DNA of 61,761 nucleotides, the filler included, from Squatina squatina (Eukaryota), in NCBI GenBank assembly GCA_031763465.1. It is 3 parts of 3 records of this genome, joined end to end, with 100 filler letters (N's around TTAATTAATTAA, not from the genome) between each part and the next. Parts side by side here need not be neighbours in the genome. Positions count along the whole stretch, not along the records: positions 24,016 to 44,734 come from JARFOE010000168.1; positions 44,835 to 61,761 come from JARFOE010000115.1; 1 more part is not named here. The stretch is one strand, 5' to 3'. A program made the position numbers and the translations under genes. The stretch's first letter is position 1. Every line of letters starts with the position of its first letter. Positions 39,140-52,108 of this stretch are shown here, in pieces. The notes under the pieces are model-generated. The model had not been told where the DNA came from. It made no database searches and saw nothing but the letters and a program-made list of their open reading frames with translations.

Positions 39140-39197
39140 AAAATTAAGCACCTGCTCAACATTACATTTTTATTTTGTCCTCCCCCTCAGGTGCATA

Positions 39198-39842
39198 ATG
39201 TCTGTCTCAACCCAGGTGTGGCACACTGATGCCCCTTCTGCCGTGGAAAGCCCGGATGGGAACTCTGTGGAAGGGCTGGAATGTACCATCTGCTTCAGCT
39301 CCTATGACAACATCTTCAAGACGCCCAAGTTGCTGGAATGCCAGCATGCCTTCTGCTTGGAATGCCTGGCCAGGCTTATGGCGACCAAGCCTGCCGACCA
39401 GGCCACGGATATCATCTGCCCACTTTGCAGGCGCCAAACGGCAATGCCTGATAACGGGACCCCTGCCTTAAGAACGAGCCAGGAACTGCTGGCCAAACTC
39501 CCCCCTCAGCTGCAACTGGAAGAGCCAGTGTGGGTGGAGGGCAAGAAACTGTGCTACAAGAAGCCCACAGAGACTGGTAACTCTGACTTTTGTGTCTGTA
39601 TTGATCTTGGTGAAAGAAAACCAGAAAATCCAACTCCTGCAACAGAACGAAACAATGGGATTCTAAATTGCTTTGGCTTGTTTGGTGACTGGAAGCGACT
39701 GATCCTATTTATACTGGTAGTGATTATTTTCCTTGGCATCGTGTTATGGCCACTTCAGTGTGTAATTACCACTAGAAATCTAAGCTGTAATCAGCTTCGG
39801 TTAGAACCAACACTTGCCCCGACCACCCCTACTTTAAGATAA
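39198..39842 (+). CDS. RNF223: RING finger protein 223 (C3HC4 RING E3 ligase with C-terminal TM anchor), 214 aa, single coding exon
   Basis: Acceptor TCCTCCCCCTCAG at 39190, ATG at 39198. QVWHT, LECTICFSSYDNIFKTPKLLECQHAFCLECLARL...CPLCR, EEPVWVEGKKLC, FCVCIDLG, DWKR + TM + LWPLQC..T.NL.C all match recalled human RNF223 motifs. C1orf159 is adjacent. Confidence 0.95.
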   Translation: MSVSTQVWHTDAPSAVESPDGNSVEGLECTICFSSYDNIFKTPKLLECQHAFCLECLARLMATKPADQATDIICPLCRRQTAMPDNGTPALRTSQELLAKLPPQLQLEEPVWVEGKKLCYKKPTETGNSDFCVCIDLGERKPENPTPATERNNGILNCFGLFGDWKRLILFILVVIIFLGIVLWPLQCVITTRNLSCNQLRLEPTLAPTTPTLR

Positions 39843-40100
39843 TTTGGGCCAAGTAGATCAGAAGGAAGTGCCGGTGCATTGTACGACATTTGGACATTCC
39901 AGTGTCTGTTCGTCAGCTTGGAAGATTCACGAATAGAGAAACAAACGGTTCTCTGCCAAACTTTCCAAAACAAAACCTTCTCAATGTATTTCTGTCACAT
40001 TTATGGGACTAATCACATCAAGAACAAATACAATAATTATTTGTGGGCTATTAAGTTTCCTATACTGGGACAAGCGGTGACATTGCTGTACAATTGACAA

Positions 40101-40106
40101 AATAAA
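40101..40106 (+). terminator. Candidate polyadenylation signal for RNF223
   Basis: First AATAAA I see after the stop codon, about 260 nt downstream. Confidence 0.35.
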
Positions 40107-42741
40107 CTAAATGTATCGAATTGCATCAAGCCAAATAAGGACTAGAGAGCTAAATGGGACATTAGCTGGCTTGATGTTCTGTTGCTGTAAGTTGATTATA
40201 TTCAATTCACTTCTTGTAAAAAAAACTTGTAAAAATTACAGTTTGGTTCATAATCTTCACAGTCCAGAGGACTTGCTGGGAAGAACCCGAATGTTCAGTG
40301 TAAACTGCAATTAATTTTAATCCTCTTGGGGCAGGGATATGAAAGCAAGTCCTCTCTAATGTTGTGTGGTTACCTAAAATACTCTATCTCGCTTGATCAT
40401 GAGTGGTAAAATATGTAAATCTTTGTATTTCCACAAACACGGTCACTCTCGTTCAATATAGCAAGAACCATGCTGGTGATAAGAGGCTTTAGAAACATTA
40501 CACNNNNNNNNNNNNNNNNNNNNNNNNNNNNNNNNNNNNNNNNNNNNNNNNNNNNNNNNNNNNNNNNNNNNNNNNNNNNNNNNNNNNNNNNNNNNNNNNN
40601 NNNCCAGCATTTCCTGTGTATATTCACATCAGGACAGGAGTGAAGAAAGGGGCAGAATTTGAGAGGCTGCTTGGAGTAAGCCAGTGGTGGATATCAATGT
40701 GAGCACGGTAGAAGATGCCTAGATAATAGCGCATGGGTCAATCCAGGGGAAACAGGGTAGAGGCAACACAGGAGTTCAGCTGGAAAGTAATGGAGTAAAA
40801 GCAGGAAGATCTAAGTGGGCATGGTGTAATGCAGAAGGGAAGGGGGCAGTGAGGAAGGAACTAGAAGAGTAAAACCACAAGATGAGGTGGAGAGCAGATG
40901 TGCCAGGGATTAGACAGATAGAGAAGCAGGGCTGCTCAGGTCTGAAGGCAGCATCCAAAACATAAATGTGGTTGACAAGGGGAATTTTACCACAATGTGG
41001 GTGACAGCACTTATGTCATAGTGCCACGTGAAAAAATAGTTTGTGCACATTATAAATAAAGTTTTTAAGTTACTTGTATTGCTAGTGTGCTTATTATACA
41101 TACAACCGCTCCATTCTTGGTGCTTTTATCTCTTTGTGTTGCTGCTTCCTGATGATTTGGGACTTTTGATGTTTAAATTTTCATAAAGACAGGATGGCTC
41201 TTCTTTCAACCTTCAGAATAGGAGGAAAACAATGATGACTTTTAATTTTTTTTGCATGATTTCTTGAATGTATCTATAAGTCGCCCAACATAAAGGGACT
41301 GAGGATTTGTAAGTCATTCCTCCCTCTCTCTGTACTCAGGCAGTTGCAGCGTATTTCCTTGTGGGTGTGGTTCCACAACTTAGAATTGCTCACAATGTAT
41401 CACTAAACTGGCAAGCTCACTCAAAGAAACCATTAGACATTGATGCTCTTCTGAACTTGGGGTTAAAGTATATTACTGAGAAAGCTTTACTTTAAATCTG
41501 ATTCTGCCCCTTTCTTCACTCCTGTCCTGATGTGAATATACACAGGAAATGCTGGATTCCAAAGCGTAATATCCTCACATTCGCATGCACAAAAATTCAC
41601 AGGAAATATTTGGACCTATAACTCTATATATTACCTATCAGTAACTATATATGATGCAATCATTCAGAGTTTGGTGTTTCAGACGTCTTATATTCATCTT
41701 CCCTATGTGGACACTATGAAACTTTGTAGACTGCCAATGTTAAATGTCAGAAAATACATATAATGGCCCAAGTCCACACGATAAAATTGATCAAAATTCA
41801 GCACTAATTTCATGACTCTAGCAACTAATTTAATTTCACACTTTCCCATACCATAATTTTGAATAGCAAAGACTTCTCTTTGCATGGCATCATGATCTGA
41901 TTTGCAACTAATCTGGGATTCTATTTTTAAACTGTATTGATGTAGACATCAAGCCAAATTATACAAGTATTAATTTTTTGAGGGGGCTCAGCACTATTTT
42001 ACTCCTGCGATTTTAAGTTTTAATTCAAGTATTTTCTTTGTGTGCAATCTTTTATGGACAAATTATTCGAACAACCTTCCAATCCATTGGTTCTGTGTTG
42101 CTTAATTTCAAAGAATTATTCTAAAACTGCTTAGAAAGTAATCAGTGCTCCTCCTAGACCCTAAGTGCCTTAAAGGCACCACAGAGACACTTTGTTTCAA
42201 TATTGATAAGTTTGGTAATTTTGATAAAGTCATCTGTTGCATCTTGCTATATAGTCAGAGCATCGAAACATTTACAAATTAAGTTTTTTTTTAAATCAAG
42301 CAAAACGTTAAGGATCTGTGAGTTACTGGCCACAGAGCTGAGTGAGATTGTTCCTTAGTGGATGGTAATCCAGCATCAGTGAGTGCATGTCAAGCAAATA
42401 CCAGATTGCAGGGCTGGTGGAAGAATAGTAGAAGTTCGTCTTTTTTTTTGCAGTGACTGTTGAGTGTCACAGGTCTAACGAATGCAGAAGTGAAGTGGTT
42501 AAGCAACAGTGTTAATTCTTCTCCCTTAAGTATTAGTGGAGGAGAAAAAAAAAGCAGATCCATTTGCTGGGGTAAGATCAAATGAAAAAGGAAACTATGG
42601 GGAAAGAGTCAGGTCAGTGTGGAGATACAANNNNNNNNNNNNNNNNNNNNNNNNNNNNNNNNNNNNNNNNNNNNNNNNNNNNNNNNNNNNNNNNNNNNNN
42701 NNNNNNNNNNNNNNNNNNNNTCTCAGGTTACATAGCCTTAC

Positions 42742-42834
42742 CTTCTGCTGCCACTCAGAGGCCTCATCTTCCTTCTTCTTCTTAGTTTCCTCCAATAGAT
42801 TTATTTTATTGGTGAGCTCTGCAAGTTCAGAGGC
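42742..42834 (-). CDS. ERM family (moesin/radixin-like) coiled-coil exon, isolated
   Basis: Minus strand CCTTTCCTTGTAG acceptor, AAG|GTAAGG donor, 93 nt, phase 0-0. Encodes [31 protein letters not shown]; compare recalled radixin [31 protein letters not shown] and moesin ...AELTARI...EWQQK. Paralog cannot be resolved from 31 aa. Confidence 0.9.
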
Positions 42835-44778
42835 CTACAAGGAAAGGTAAATGGTCCTGGAGTTACTTTTCCCATCGTCAGTTTCAAAATGGAAGGAGCT
42901 AACTTAACTCAAATTGTTTTCTTGCATTCCATAAAGGAAACAAAGTAATGTTGCATCAACTCAACTAGTTGTTTGAGAAACTATTAGAAAGCAGCTGAAT
43001 TGAAACACTGGCAGTTTCTGCTTTGGATGCAATCATCAATCTGGGCACTAGTTGAGAAGTTATCCTCCCCCTGCGAGTTCCTGCACTCACTTGCACTTCA
43101 CCAAACAAACCCTGCCAAGAGCCAATGTAATAGAGCAGTGTTTTAGAACGTATTTATTTATTTAAAAAACCCACATTTTTGCTTTAAAAATATTCCTTGA
43201 TATATTTACTTGGTGCAGTTTTATGGATACAGCTGAAAATGGGTTTATCACAAAAATTAAGCATTTTTAATCAGAGTGTCTCGCCGATCATCTGTGAGCA
43301 ACCCGATTTTAAATAACTGAAAATGACAAAACTACACAAAACCATTTGCTAGTTATAGTGGGGTACTGCAGTTTCTTCGCAAGTTATTAAAAATTCAAAA
43401 AAGTGCCCATTATTGTTCTTGTGCCTAAAAAGATTAATTTTAGGAGCCTCCTCAAAGGCCCACAAATGGGTGCAATTAGCAGAAACTCGCCAAAGGCGAT
43501 TACTTCAATCTCAGGGCATGGCCAACTTAGAGAGCAATTTTTCTTCAAAAATAAAAGCTACCGCAAAAGATCAGGGAAACTCGATTCGTGCTTAAAATTT
43601 CACGATCTTGTGTGCTGGCTTTGGGTAAATTGTGCTGAAAAAAGTGGAAATTCCTGGCCACCAACTTAATTTCTGTAAACATCAATATCATACTTAACAA
43701 ATCTATTTCCTGGCTCCAGGAATGCTGTCAATCAATTTGGGGGACCACTACTCAAATTCCAAACGGACATAGACTCAGCACAAAATTACCAACTCAAGAG
43801 GCCACAGAATGACTGGTGGATGAAATAGAAAAATGCCACACTGATTCAGCAGAGATTGCACTTCTGAAGGTAGTGGCTGAGGTATAAGAAATAGGAGCAG
43901 GAGTAGGCCATTCGGCCCCTCAAGCCTACTCTGCTAGTATGTATTCAGGCAAAGTAGAAAACATTACTCAGCATCTCACTATGCCATACTTATCCTGGCA
44001 ATGGTTGATGCCAATGCTGGGTCATTTTATTTTTGAAAACAATCAATGCAAACACAAAATTATGATAAGACAAATTGTTTCCAAGAATGGGATTTGTAGG
44101 GTTACGTACAGAAGTCAAGACCAAATAGATGACATTAAGTAGGCTTGGCTGAGCAATCCGCTCAATTTTGTCACATTAATTAGGATGTAGGAGGAGACCT
44201 CAATTGTCTTCTGGAAGCACTTTTACATTCAGTGTTTGTGGTTTTGAATGGCGATAGCAACATCTGCACAGTAGCGCTCCACAATTATATTGCTCAAACC
44301 ACAACCCTCATCCCTACACTTCTGTTGAGCCAATAGAGCACGTTTTAGCAATGTAAAAATGGGGAGCCAACGCCACATATATTGCTCTCCCACAATACAT
44401 AATTATCTAAAACTAAACTTGCTTTTATAGTGTTGCCCACAGCCAGCAAGTGAAATGACAATGCTTCAGCCAGGCTGTGTGGTACAGCCCCCTCAGCAAG
44501 CATCAGTGATCAGGATAGGAAAATTAAAGCTGAACCAGTTTAAGGCAAAGCATCACATTGTCTCGCAGCAGTTGCCAGTGCTGGACGTCAGCAGGTTCTT
44601 GAAGTGGGCTCCATAACAAACACCTTCATTAGTTGGAATAATTTTTAGGGAAATCATGCAGTACCCCAATGAGTTATCAAGCCACTGCCCGTAGATGGAT
44701 TATAAATAACAGAAAATTTCCCAGCAGTTGCATCNNNNNNNNNNNNNNNNNNNNNNNNNNNNNNNNNNNNNNNNNNNN

Positions 44779-44790
44779 TTAATTAATTAA
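44779..44790. other. Artificial contig-join linker TTAATTAATTAA
   Basis: Identical to the 23960 linker and centred in an N spacer. Confidence 0.95.
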
Positions 44791-47700
44791 NNNNNNNNNN
44801 NNNNNNNNNNNNNNNNNNNNNNNNNNNNNNNNNNTTCTCTGAGAAGTCTTGAAATTCTGTCATTTGAATTGAAAAGGTATGTAAAAGTAACAATAGAAGT
44901 GTAAATAATTCAACCACTCTCTTTTCTATTACTTAATGTATTTTCTCAAAAAAAATGTGCTTAATGGAACTATTGGTATAATGGTACAGAGAAATGCCTA
45001 CACCACCGTTATACATAATTCATTCAGGAAGGAAAGAAATGAATTTGAATTTGTAAAAAAATTCACCGAATAGTGAAACCACACAGAAAGGGTGGAAAGC
45101 TCATAGCAGTACTGAAAACTTGCTTTTAAACTTTAATATTCTGATCCGCCAGCCAGTTTGAGAAAGCTTTCTGGAGACAGTGGTAAAGAAACTATCTTTG
45201 TATGTGGGTTTAATGTTAATCCAATGGGAACCACAGTGGTCCTTGTAACAACAATTCCAGCAGTCTACAAACCTTTAAAAATCCAAGCTTGGCATCACTT
45301 AAACACTACACTCTTTATCAACCTCATTTTCCCTGCCATCTTTTTCAACCTTGGTCGTGCCCGATCCGTGACCTTTCACCTGGGTCTGTCAATGAAAAAG
45401 GGTCTTTCTGTAACACAGAATCCATATAAAACACTCTGGGGTCGATTTAAAATCTTTAGCCATTCCAGTGTGAAGCTCTATGCTGGGCGCACTAAAGAAA
45501 AATATTTGTCCAACAATACATTTTTCATTATAATACATGAATATACTGAGACATATGACACAGCCGACATTACTTATGGCTCCTCCTGGCCACATAAAAT
45601 CTCCAGCTAATATACCCTGACTACAGATGCTTTTTTGAGTCCCATCAATTGCCTAAGTATGTTACTCCCAGTGTTAACAGCACTCCTCAAAGAAAAGGAC
45701 ACAGCTTTGATGGATGGATTTTAGTTGGTATTCTGCTCTGTAATCTGATCAAGCACCTCCCTCTGTGGCAGGCTAAATGCAGTGAGTCAGTTTAGTGCAT
45801 CGCCCTGCTTGTATCAAGATGCAAACCAGCAGAGCGACACAAGCATTCAGGTGAACAGAACAGCCTCAGTCCTGGAAATGGATAGTCAGAAGCTTTTAAA
45901 GTGGTTTTTTTGCTTTAGTGTTGCAAGATTTGCAGAGCAACCAAAATCAGTAAAATCAGCTGTAATGTAACGAAAGAAAGGGAGACTTGCATTATAGAGC
46001 GCCTTCTATGACCTCAGGACATCCCAAAGCATTTTACAGCCAATGAAGTGCTTTTGAAGTGTAGTCACTGTTGTAATGTAGAAAATATCAAAAAAGGATC
46101 AGTTATTTTTATCTAATCAGTTCTCAAAGACACTCTGCTCGTGCTTCAGATAGACCACCCCATGCATGCACCAAAGACGTGGTTCATGTGTTCCCAATAG
46201 GCCTGCAAAAGAGGCAGCTTGACTTTGTTGGCAGTACTCTAGTCTCTAACTCACAACAACTGGCATTCATATAGGGTCCAGAATGTAGTAAAACATCCCA
46301 AGGCAGTTGTGGATGCAAATGTGGGAGTGCGGACCATTTGTTGGTCTGAGGGCCAAATCCGTTCCATTGGCAATTAAGGTGTGCAGCCCAGTAGGCGCGG
46401 CAAGATTTCCTTGTCTATATTCCTGATGTGCACTCTCAGTGCTAGAAATTCATCTCTGAGGGGTGCTAACGGGGCGAAACAGGACAAAATGGCGCCGGGA
46501 CAGCTGAATTCCACGGTGGGTCAGCGTGTGAGGCCATAAAGATGCGCACCNNNNNNNNNNNNNNNNNNNNNNNNNNNNNNNNNNNNNNNNNNNNNNNNNN
46601 NNNNNNNNNNNNNNNNNNNNNNNNNNNNNNNNNNNNNNNNNNNNNNNNNNGAAGGATCTGTTGATGCAGGCTGTGCATATCAACAGAGCATGTGACAACA
46701 ATGCTGTATGTGTAAAGGTCTCATCTGTTTTAAATATTATTCCAACATTTGCAACATGCTGTAATTGGATTTATCAAATACCGGTGTTTGATTTACTCAA
46801 AAACCACATGTGGGCTGCACTTCAGATTCATCAATGATGATTCAAGCTGTAGTCTTTTATAAGGGAAAATCAAGACTTCATTTGCTTGGAGCATTGCGAG
46901 AGCCAGCACAGTGATTAACTCTACATGTAAGTCATTATCCAAACGCATCCCTACTGTGCAAGGTATAAAAAGAGGCAATAACACAGTAATTGGCATCAGT
47001 TCGCCAACTGGGAAATTCTCCATAATTACTAGTTAAAACAAGGGGACACGACTTGGAATGTTCCACTGCTATCTGTCTTCGCAAAGCTTCTTTAACCCCT
47101 ATCTTCCTCCCTGATAGATTCTTGTCAAAGAAACTTTTTTTTAAATATTTTTCTCCACTGAAGGAACAAGAGTAGCTGTCAATAATTTACTGATTCTACA
47201 GCTTGAAGCGGAGATAATGCCCTATTGGACTTAAAGAGCCGTCCCGACTGTAAGCGTTTGCCACAGTTGCCTCATTTGTGGAAGGAGTATCTTCAAAAAA
47301 AAAAATATGTATCTTTTAATGATGTTGCATGTAAAGTGCTGCAATAATGTAATCCANNNNNNNNNNNNNNNNNNNNNNNNNNNNNNNNNNNNNNNNNNNN
47401 NNNNNNNNNNNNNNNNNNNNNNNNNNNNNNNNNNNNNNNNNNNNNNNNNNNNNNNNCTCTCTATCTGCCCTATCAGTTTTCTGGAGCAGAATCAGGTAAG
47501 AATTAATTTGCCTGCTCCAACTGCAAAGTCTGCTGCAATTTCAATTTTATATGTCTAAGTGACTCTTAAATAGTGTTTCAGCTTTTGTGAAAGGAGAACT
47601 TTTATCCACATAGGGTGTTCTATTGAAAGACCAGTCGGTAACACATTTTTAACACAGACACGCAACAGCCCAGCTTAGCAGTAAGTTTCTTTGAAGGATA

Positions 47701-48190
47701 TCTCTTGAAGTGAAATGGACATGAAGAAGAAAAAAAATGCTACAAATCCAAAAGGAGGATACAACTCAGAGCAAAAGAATTGAAGAGGCAGGGAAGTAAT
47801 GAGGACGAACATGAGTAAGATGAGAAATGTACATGCCTCATTACAGATGCTCTAATTAAGGCATAATGGTCTTGATGTGTTATTTATTTATGCAAGCACA
47901 AATATAGTTTATGTCTTTGGGATGTATAAAATTACAGATGCACTGAATTTGTATTTTTATCCATTTTTACATTTTATCATTTGCATCTGATTTGGGGGCT
48001 TGTGTTGTCTTTGATTCACTGAAATCCATGGCAAGGTGGGCAGAATGCAGCAAAGACACCTCATTAGGAGCCTGATTATTCTAGTTTAGATGTATTTTAT
48101 GCACTGATTCCATTTAATCCTCCAAGAAATATAGAATGGAGGCTTTTTAATTCAGCAAGCATTTTTCTTAATTAAAAGGATAAGAATCAT

Positions 48191-48936
48191 AGGCTGCCCA
48201 ATTGATGTGTTTTGGTGCTGTGGTAGCAGCTAAAAGTGGCGCTACCTGGGCGCTGAAGTATGGTTAGGGGAAATTTTTCTTTCCCGCTGAATTGGTGATG
48301 GCGCCATGGTGGCGCAAAGGCCTCTTCGCCAGGGACATCATTGGCGCTGGGGTATGGTGTGCGATGTCATCAAGTCGCGCGCCAACCCCGCAGCGCTGCC
48401 CCGCGACCCCCTTTGGCGTCGCCGGGGAGCCGTGGCTGGAATTGGTCCATGGCTCGCCAGCAATGCCACAGATTTGACCTATCGTTGACAACAACACTTA
48501 AAGGGGTGATTGTGCCGCCGGCTGCCTTTTTTCTTTACATCCGCGTCGGCTGATGTTTGGCAACCGATCGGCCACCAGCACTGCTTCGCGCACTTGGTGG
48601 CACGCTATCTGGCGTGCCAGCATTTTGCTGCCCCCAGCTCGGCTCCCTGATGGCCCAGTGGTATGCCTTGCGGCTCCCTTGCCTCAGCCGGCGGCCCACC
48701 CCTTTAAGGCAGGGGGCGGGGCCTCGCCACACTGCCGATGTTATCCCGCGCTCCCCAGGAATTCATGGGGTCAGCGCCAGGTCACTGCTTCATTAGCGCT
48801 AACATGTGGCGCTGATCCGGAAAAGAAGCAAAAACCCCAATTCCAGGGCAGAAGAGATCGCTGCAGAGCCGGTGAAAAACCACCTAGTCCCAAACCAATG
48901 CAGCAGCCAATTTCGGCACTGTCGAATTGGGGCCCC
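48191..48936. mobile_element. GC/CpG-rich non-autonomous DNA transposon (Harbinger-like) with degenerate TIRs
   Basis: Left GGCTGCCCAATTG and right CGAATTGGGGCCC; sharp GC-rich block with CCCTTTAA motifs like 21007-21339. Confidence 0.6.
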
Positions 48937-49249
48937 AATGTGTATCATTAAGTAAGGCAATTATCCATGAGGGTCCACTGATCATATGTTTCACATGGCA
49001 ATTAGGGTCCCTGTTAGGAGTAGCTCAGTCATTCAGTTGAGCATTTAGAAGAATTGACTAAGTGCTTTGAACATGGGTATGAGGGCCATACTTGTCCTCT
49101 GATTTATATTGCCGAATGCTTCAGCTATACAGTAGATTCATGTGCATTANNNNNNNNNNNNNNNNNNNNNNNNNNNNNNNNNNNNNNNNNNNNNNNNNNN
49201 NNNNNNNNNNNNNNNNNNNNNNNNNNNNNNNNNNNNNNNNNNNNNNNNN

Positions 49250-49441
49250 AATGGGACAGGCTCAAAATAGTGAAAAGTAACTTTAGGATTGATGTCAGGA
49301 AATTGTTCACACAGAAACTGATCAACATACTGAGACAGACCCTCTGAGCAGAGTGGTTGCGACAAAAACCCTGGAATTATTTAGGAAACGATTATAGGTT
49401 TGTTCTGGATGGATGAATTAAGATGGCCAAATGGTCTTTCT
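49250..49441 (+). mobile_element. Degenerate CR1 3' end
   Basis: Reads RLKIVKSNFRIDVRKLFTQK (CR1 ORF2 end), then GATGGCCAAATGGTCTTTC. Confidence 0.7.
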
Positions 49442-49583
49442 TGTGAACTATATTGGAACTACAGATGAATGTAGTGCTTGTTAAGAACTTTGGGGTTGAC
49501 CTGATGGACCTGAAATGATCTTTGCCCAGTGCTATACATTCCCATGTTTCCTATTTTGAACCGAGCAGTTATTAATATTTCAG

Positions 49584-49726
49584 TATCGGCACTGAGTGTG
49601 AAACCATTGCTGATACCCCCGGGTAACAACATGGAAACAGAAATGATACCGGGGAGAGCAAAGCTATTATTCGCGGGAGTTCTTCCTGTCAGGGCGTTCT
49701 CAACGAACAAAGGAAGAGGGAGTTCT
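49584..49726 (+). other. Candidate first coding exon, ATG at 49631 (METEMIPGRAKLLFAGVLPVRAFSTNKGRGSS)
   Basis: ATATTTCAG acceptor, strong TCT|GTAAGT donor, good Kozak AACATGG, locally CpG-rich. No recognised homolog. Confidence 0.3.
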
Positions 49727-51990
49727 GTAAGTTGTGCCACGCTTTATATCGTCTTGTATTGGAAACAAGCAGATAATCATTTTTGTAGATGTTCTATTAC
49801 AGAAAACATGACAATATTACAGAAGTTTCAAAGGTCACCCGACACTCAGAAGGTTACATTTGGCACTGAGGTCACAACTGGCATTAATGCACCGAAAGGC
49901 ACAAATCCACAATGAAATTTGGGAAACTTCTGAAAGCTGTGAAATTAGCAAGTCAAAACAATGAATTCAATGTCTTTCATTAGGTGGAGGGATATTTTGC
50001 ACATGATGTGTCTTTAATTCATTTTCATTTATTTTTGAAATTACATGTCAATAACCATTTCTAAACTACCTGCCAATAAAATCTCAGTCACTCTTGCAGG
50101 TGGCTTTACAGAACAATTAAAACAAAATCTGCATTCACATTTTTTTTTAGTTTATCTACTGTTCGCTATGTCATGGATTGTATGCAAAGAAAATGGCTGA
50201 AAGCAGGGAAGCGACGATGTAGCTGGTTTGGAACAGTACTTACAGACTCTGCTGTCAGCCGTAGAGTTTAAAATGTCAACAAAATAGCTGGTGTTGCATT
50301 CAGCAGGGGTTTTGTACAATACATTTCTGATGGCTCCTAAATTGGTCTGTGCGATGAGGCATAATGCATTTTCTAAAACCCAAATCTGCTGGAATTTATT
50401 TTGACTAAAGGTAATACTTATTCTTTGAGAAGCACAGCACTGGCCAATTATTAGTGTATTTTATGGAGATTTTATGCAGCGTTTGCCTCAGAAGGTGGTA
50501 AAAAAGCATGTCTGTGCGCTGGAGTCAACATGCTGNNNNNNNNNNNNNNNNNNNNNNNNNNNNNNNNNNNNNNNNNNNNNNNNNTTTCAGTTTCCGTGAA
50601 ATTGACTTTGGCCCAGGAAGACTGATCCTCAGATAGGAAGTTATACAAGAGCATTGTGTGTGAGCTGTTTTGAAGGCAGACATTCAGCATTCAGACCTGA
50701 CCATTCCAATGAGAATCCTCTCCATGGCGATCCACGGTAGCTGTGTCGGACTGTCCTGGCAACGGGAAAATCAAGATCTCACTCCCTATTGGTGCCACTC
50801 CATGATCAAAGTGAGAAGGCTTCTGTGTTCCAGAACTCACTAAACAGGGAGCATTTTTCATGGTTCAGTGTAGCCTGTGAAAACAAGGAGATGGTCCCTG
50901 GCATGATTACTAAAGTACTGGAGGAAAACAAAGAGGTCCACAGCATAAACACTGCAGTTTGGGAAATTAAAGCCTCCTAATTCATGATTGAAATCTGGGA
51001 CGAGGTACAAAAAAATGATGGGGCGTCTTAAGACGAAGAAGGAATCTTAGCCATTGTGCTTCATCAGAACTATGACCCAAAGTTTTCTACTTTAATTTAG
51101 TTATAACTAACTTTCACCGAAAAAAAGTCCCAGGTTTAAAGTTGTGATGATATGGTACTGACACAACCTCCTCCACTCTTTATTGCCCCAGATTTTACAG
51201 TTGTAATGACGGCAAAACTGTCAGCATTCGCCATCATTCCCTTGTGAAACTATCAGCAACTTCTGGCATCCGGACATGCGCAGTTGAATGCAGAAACCCA
51301 GAGGTTGCTGTCAGTGATTCCCTGCTCCTCCACAGGGAGCACTGTNNNNNNNNNNNNNNNNNNNNNNNNNNNNNNNNNNNNNNNNNNNNNNNNNNNNNNN
51401 NNNNNNNNNNNNNNNNNNNNNNNNNNNNNNNNNNNNNNNNNNNNNTGCTCATTCACTAAACATTGCGACCATAGCCTGACACCAAATTTAATTTCAATAA
51501 CATTACTTGCATGTATTATTTCCCCTGCCTTCATTACATTAATAACTATGGTTTCTTCAAATAGGATATTTTGGAACTGTAGGAGTTATTAATGATTCAG
51601 TTATAAGAGGGACCACATGATGAGGTTACTCATTTTATAGCCATATTGTACTGGAAGAACTGGAGATACTTTTCACACTTGTGATGTTATAAACACATAA
51701 ACATGCTGTATGATTGGATGATTAATAACTACAACCCTATTGGAGATACTCTATTTTGGGCAAACATAATTATGACTGCTTATTACAAAAGGAAAGGTCA
51801 GGATGGATAATGGATCTAAGAAAAGTTATTAAAATCAAATATGAAAATATTATTTTATAGAGTTCACCCTTGGGCTTTGTTAGTTTTCTTTGAATAAGTA
51901 TAAAATGGAATTTTTCACGAGGGGCATGAGATATATTAAACACTTAGTCACCTATGATTATTTTCTCAGTCTTAACGAAGAGCCATACGT

Positions 51991-52108
51991 CGGGAGTGTC
52001 CTCCACGACTCTCCCGATCGACTTCGGCAGAAGATGGTCAGAAACCTTGTGTGCACGGTGTATCCGAGGTTTTCCACTGGTCGTCTGCCAGCTGATCAGG
52101 AAATTCCC
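51991..52108. mobile_element. Small MITE-like element
   Basis: GGGAGTGTCCT ... AGGAAATTCCC degenerate inverted termini with a CpG-rich interior. Confidence 0.4.

Noticed and set aside
39111-39197. N-terminal extension of the RNF223 ORF in the ORF track
   Set aside because: Non-ATG start running through the pyrimidine tract and acceptor; homology begins at ATG 39198.
44461-44520. MLQPGCVVQPPQQASVIR, superficially like the C1orf159 tail
   Set aside because: Lacks RKPRYVRRER, lies beyond RNF223 and does not fit the expected split exons.
48264-48951. Several overlapping GC-rich ORFs and apparent CpG island
   Set aside because: Contained within a TIR-bounded repeat; the ORFs follow from GC content.
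50806-50874. Minus-strand acceptor (TTTTCACAG) giving ATLNHEKCSLFSEFWNTEAFSL*, phase-compatible with the 61532 exon
   Set aside because: Only an acceptor motif supports it; many gaps intervene and there is no homology.
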